A stretch of DNA of 64,000 nucleotides from Nemertoderma westbladi (Eukaryota > Animalia > Xenacoelomorpha): the NCBI GenBank assembly GCA_032718475.1, contig JAUCBJ010000052.1, positions 76,519 through 140,518 on the forward strand, in the 5' to 3' direction. The notes beneath the pieces are model-generated. The model was given only the letters and a program-made list of their open reading frames with translations. It was not told where the DNA came from and ran no database searches. The first letter of the stretch is position 1. Each line of letters begins with the position of its first letter. Position numbers and translations under genes: made by a program. Shown one piece after another: positions 60,850 through 64,000 of this stretch.

Positions 60850-63800
60850 CTAATTCTGTTTTGAGGCAGGAGACAAATTATAATCTCCCATCTCGATACG
60901 TGTCTCCTCTAATAACACGATATCTTGGACCGGTCGGTCCAAGGTGTGTAAACCATTAGTTTTACACTTTTTTGGGTGCGGACACTTGCACCTAATTTTC
61001 ACAGTGACTGTGCGCACTATGTTTTGCACGTCTGGGTGAGTGTGCAAGATCACTCCAGTCTCCCAATACTTTCTCTTGACTATCGGTTCGGTTATCAATA
61101 CGTAATCTCCCCTTTGGAGACTCCGAACCGTTTTGTACCACTTTGTTCTGGTAGATATGGTGGGAAGATAGTATTCCCGCCAATATTCCCAGAATGTGTA
61201 CGCCACAAATTGAGTCACTTTCCAGCTCTTACGACTATATAGGTCGGCACTAATGGGTTCTGATGCCGGCACAAGAAATGCTGGACACTGCATTAGCAAA
61301 TGATTCGGCGTTAATGCAACACCGTCTGGCAACATAGCTATCGGCCTCGAGTTTAGGGTATGCTCGATTTCAATGAAAGCTGTGACCAGTTCGTCGTCGG
61401 TAAGTTGTTTGTTCACAGGCTACGTCTTGGCAATGGCCTGCTTTACAGAGCGAACTAAACGCTCCCAACTTCCTCCTCTCCAAGGACTTTCTGGAGTATT
61501 AAATCTCCATTCTACTCGTTGCGGCAAAAGTGCTGCAGAAATTTCCTTATTCTGTGCCGCTTTATGAGCCGCGTTCAACTCGCTATTCCCTCCGACAAAG
61601 TTTGTACCCTTATCAGACTAGAACGCCTTTACTAGTCCTCTCCTGGCCATAAATCTCTTTAAGGCCAGGAGCAGAGATTTGGTCGACATGTCTGCCACAC
61701 GCTCAATGTGTATAGCTCTACTAGCCATACATGTCAGTAGCAGACCCCATCGCTTGTGGGTCAGCCGTCCACTCTTTGCCTCAATCGGACCAAAACAGTC
61801 CACCCCTGTGTTCGTAAAGGGTGGGTCATATGCCTGCACTCTCGCTTCCGGGAGTTCAGCCATCTCCTGTTCCAATACTCTGGCGTTCACTCTCTTGCAA
61901 ACCAGACAGGCGTCGTACATAGTGCCGACTGCCCTGCTTGGCTGCAATAGAATGAATCGCTGTCTCGCTGCCGACAAACAGTGTAACTTTCCCGCGTGAT
62001 GCAACCTCTTGTGTATATCCCATAGAATCGCTCTTTGCAATTCTATTGGGTGACTAGGGATTATCACTGGGAACCTAAACTGTGAGTTTATGTCGACAGT
62101 CTGGATTCTCGATCTATGACAAATCAAACCCTTATGGATTAATGGACTCCATTTTCTAAGGGGTTTATAGAGAACTGGTCGTTGAGCCGATAATAGATGG
62201 AATTCTTTGGGGAAGGCACACATTTGATAATGTTTCAAATGCTTTAATTCCGCTTGATCAATCTCATCCTCTGTCAGAGGTTGTTTCAATTTCTGAATTC
62301 ACTCACTATTGGTGCTCAATGGTTCTCTCAAATGTTCCGAATGTTTTAAACAAAGGTACGAAATGTATCGGCTTAACCACGCAGTTCTTTTACAAATTGT
62401 CAGCCAAGAGGCAGACGAATTTAGTAATTTGTCATAAACACTGCATGACTCTAATGCCAGCGACGGTTGTCCGCTAACTAATGGAAGTTTCGAATCCAAA
62501 CCCGCAGGTTTGGAAACCAAAGGCTCCATTGTGTCGGTCATTTTCTGTCCGTCACTTACCAACTGTGACTCCGGTTTAGTCTGTAAGGGTGGTTTGATGT
62601 CATAACTTACCCTTCCGGACCTAGTAGTCACGTAAGTCTGTTGGTCTGACAGGTCTCCGGGCCGCTCCAATGACTCTTCAGGCCGCTCCAATGACTCTTC
62701 AGGCCGCTCCAATGACTTAAGTTTGGCTTTAGACTTTGACTTAGAGACTTTCTCCACCTTGACTTCTGCATCTTCAGGCATCGGATTGGTCACTATCTTT
62801 AGTCGCTCTGGCCAATGTTCCTGTGTCCTCGTTAGAAAATCAGGTCCATGCAACCAAAACTCCTGCGACTCTTCCTGACAGAATTCCGCCGGCATTGCAC
62901 CTCTCGAAGTTATGTCGGCCGGGTTCAACACTCCCGGACAATGTCTCCATTGTTCCTTCGTCGAAAAGTCGACGATCTGAGCGCGTCTATTGGCCACAAA
63001 TGTCTTTAGTGCAATATTGTCGGCCGCAATGTATACTAACACCAAGGATGCGTCCGTCCAATAAAATAAGGTCAATGTTGTGTCTAACTCCTCAATTATC
63101 TGCTTACTTACCTCGACTGAAACTACAGCCGCCTGTAACTCTGCACGAGGGACAGTCATGTATTTGACCGGCATTGTCTTTGATCTAGAAGTCACAAAGG
63201 CCGTCTCAAATTTGTCCTGACTTACCTCTCGGCGAAGGTAGGCTACCATACCAAAGCCGGTGTCACTTGCGTCACTGAATAAATGCAGCTCTAAATCAGC
63301 TGGGAATACCAACTGATTCGGAAAGTAGGAACGGGGTATCTATATTTTTCAATAGATGCAACTCGGCTTCCCACTCCCTCCACTGCTTTGCATGTATAGG
63401 AGATATTGGTTCGTCCCACTCTACGTCGGACAACCAAATTTTCCTCATTCACGCTCATGCCTGTAATATTACCGGACTGATAAAGTTCATCGGGTCAAAT
63501 AGTCTACTTAATGTCGATAAGCAAATTCTCTTAGTCAAAACTTTGTCTGGGCTACTGGGCTCAAATCTAACTCTTACCTGGAACTTATCTGAGTTCGGGT
63601 TCCAAGCGAGTCCCAGTACTCGCGCCATGGGGATTGGTTCTACCCCCAATTCTATGTCTCCGCTCCCGCGATCTTTTACCGGGAACGATTCTAATAGGGC
63701 CTCCGAGTTTGTAGTGAACTTGGTCAGAGGAAAACCCCCTGTAGCCAAGCACTCTTGCAGGCCGTGAGCCACTTCTATGGCTTGTACCGCCGTGTCCTTG

Positions 63801-64000
63801 GACACCAATCCGTCGTCCATATAGAAGTTTCTCAAGATGGACTCGATTACTTCTACTGGATACTTACCAATCTGGGCTGTTGCCGTTTTCTTTAAAACGA
63901 ACAGCGTGCCATTCGGACTATCGCGGGCACCAAATATCCTAACGTACATTTGGTATATAACCACTGGGCCAGATAAGTCTTCATTCTCGTACCAGAGAAA
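60850..64000 (-). pseudogene. pol: BEL/Pao pol (RT - RNase H - integrase), with stops and frameshifts; continues beyond the window
   Basis: RT: IFGARDSP, FYMDDGL, RVLGLAW, FDP. RNase H: LHLFSDAS, TVPRAELQAAV, WTDA, FVANR, NPADITSRG. Integrase: H..HHAG...CLVC, PFTNTGVDCFGP, CMASRAIHIE, SDKGTNF, GGSWERLVRSVK, LTPNHLL, FW..W..YYLP. Confidence 0.95.

Noticed and set aside
58064-63767. Plus-strand ORFs overlapping the BEL element
   Set aside because: Antisense shadows of GC-balanced coding sequence with no independent motifs.

Overview
AT-rich eukaryotic (probably invertebrate animal) genomic window made almost entirely of nested mobile DNA; no convincing host gene. (1) 2.4-20.4 kb is a ~17.9 kb tandem array of ~73-bp units (~240 copies). 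The unit is a piece of the C-terminal coding region of an L2/CR1-group LINE ORF2 and is still attached to that LINE's 3' stem-loop and (ATT)n tail. The ~200 short minus-strand ORFs here are artefacts of the repeat. (2) 20.5-36.1 kb is a patchwork of MITEs, tRNA-derived SINE heads, RTE fragments, a non-autonomous piggyBac-like element, a decayed PHD-APE-RT LINE of the CR1/L2 (Crack-like) group, and two diverged copies of a ~2.5 kb LTR-like repeat; the second copy leads into a gag-like ORF. (3) 37.1-45.6 kb is the right half of a Polinton/Maverick: integrase, two tandem minor-capsid (penton) genes, a basic core-like protein, an intact major capsid, and a cysteine protease split by a DNA transposon. 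(4) 45.6-53.9 kb holds LINE, BEL and RTE debris. (5) 53.9-64 kb is a minus-strand BEL/Pao LTR retrotransposon. Between its integrase and a putative 3' LTR lies a ~1,180-codon decayed accessory gene with a DEDDy (WRN/EXD2/RNase D-like) 3'-5' exonuclease domain, three CCHC knuckles and an RG-rich tail. A 16-bp near-palindrome (CAAACCCRCRGGTTTG) occurs five times along this element. Family assignments come from motif recognition by eye; no searches were run.
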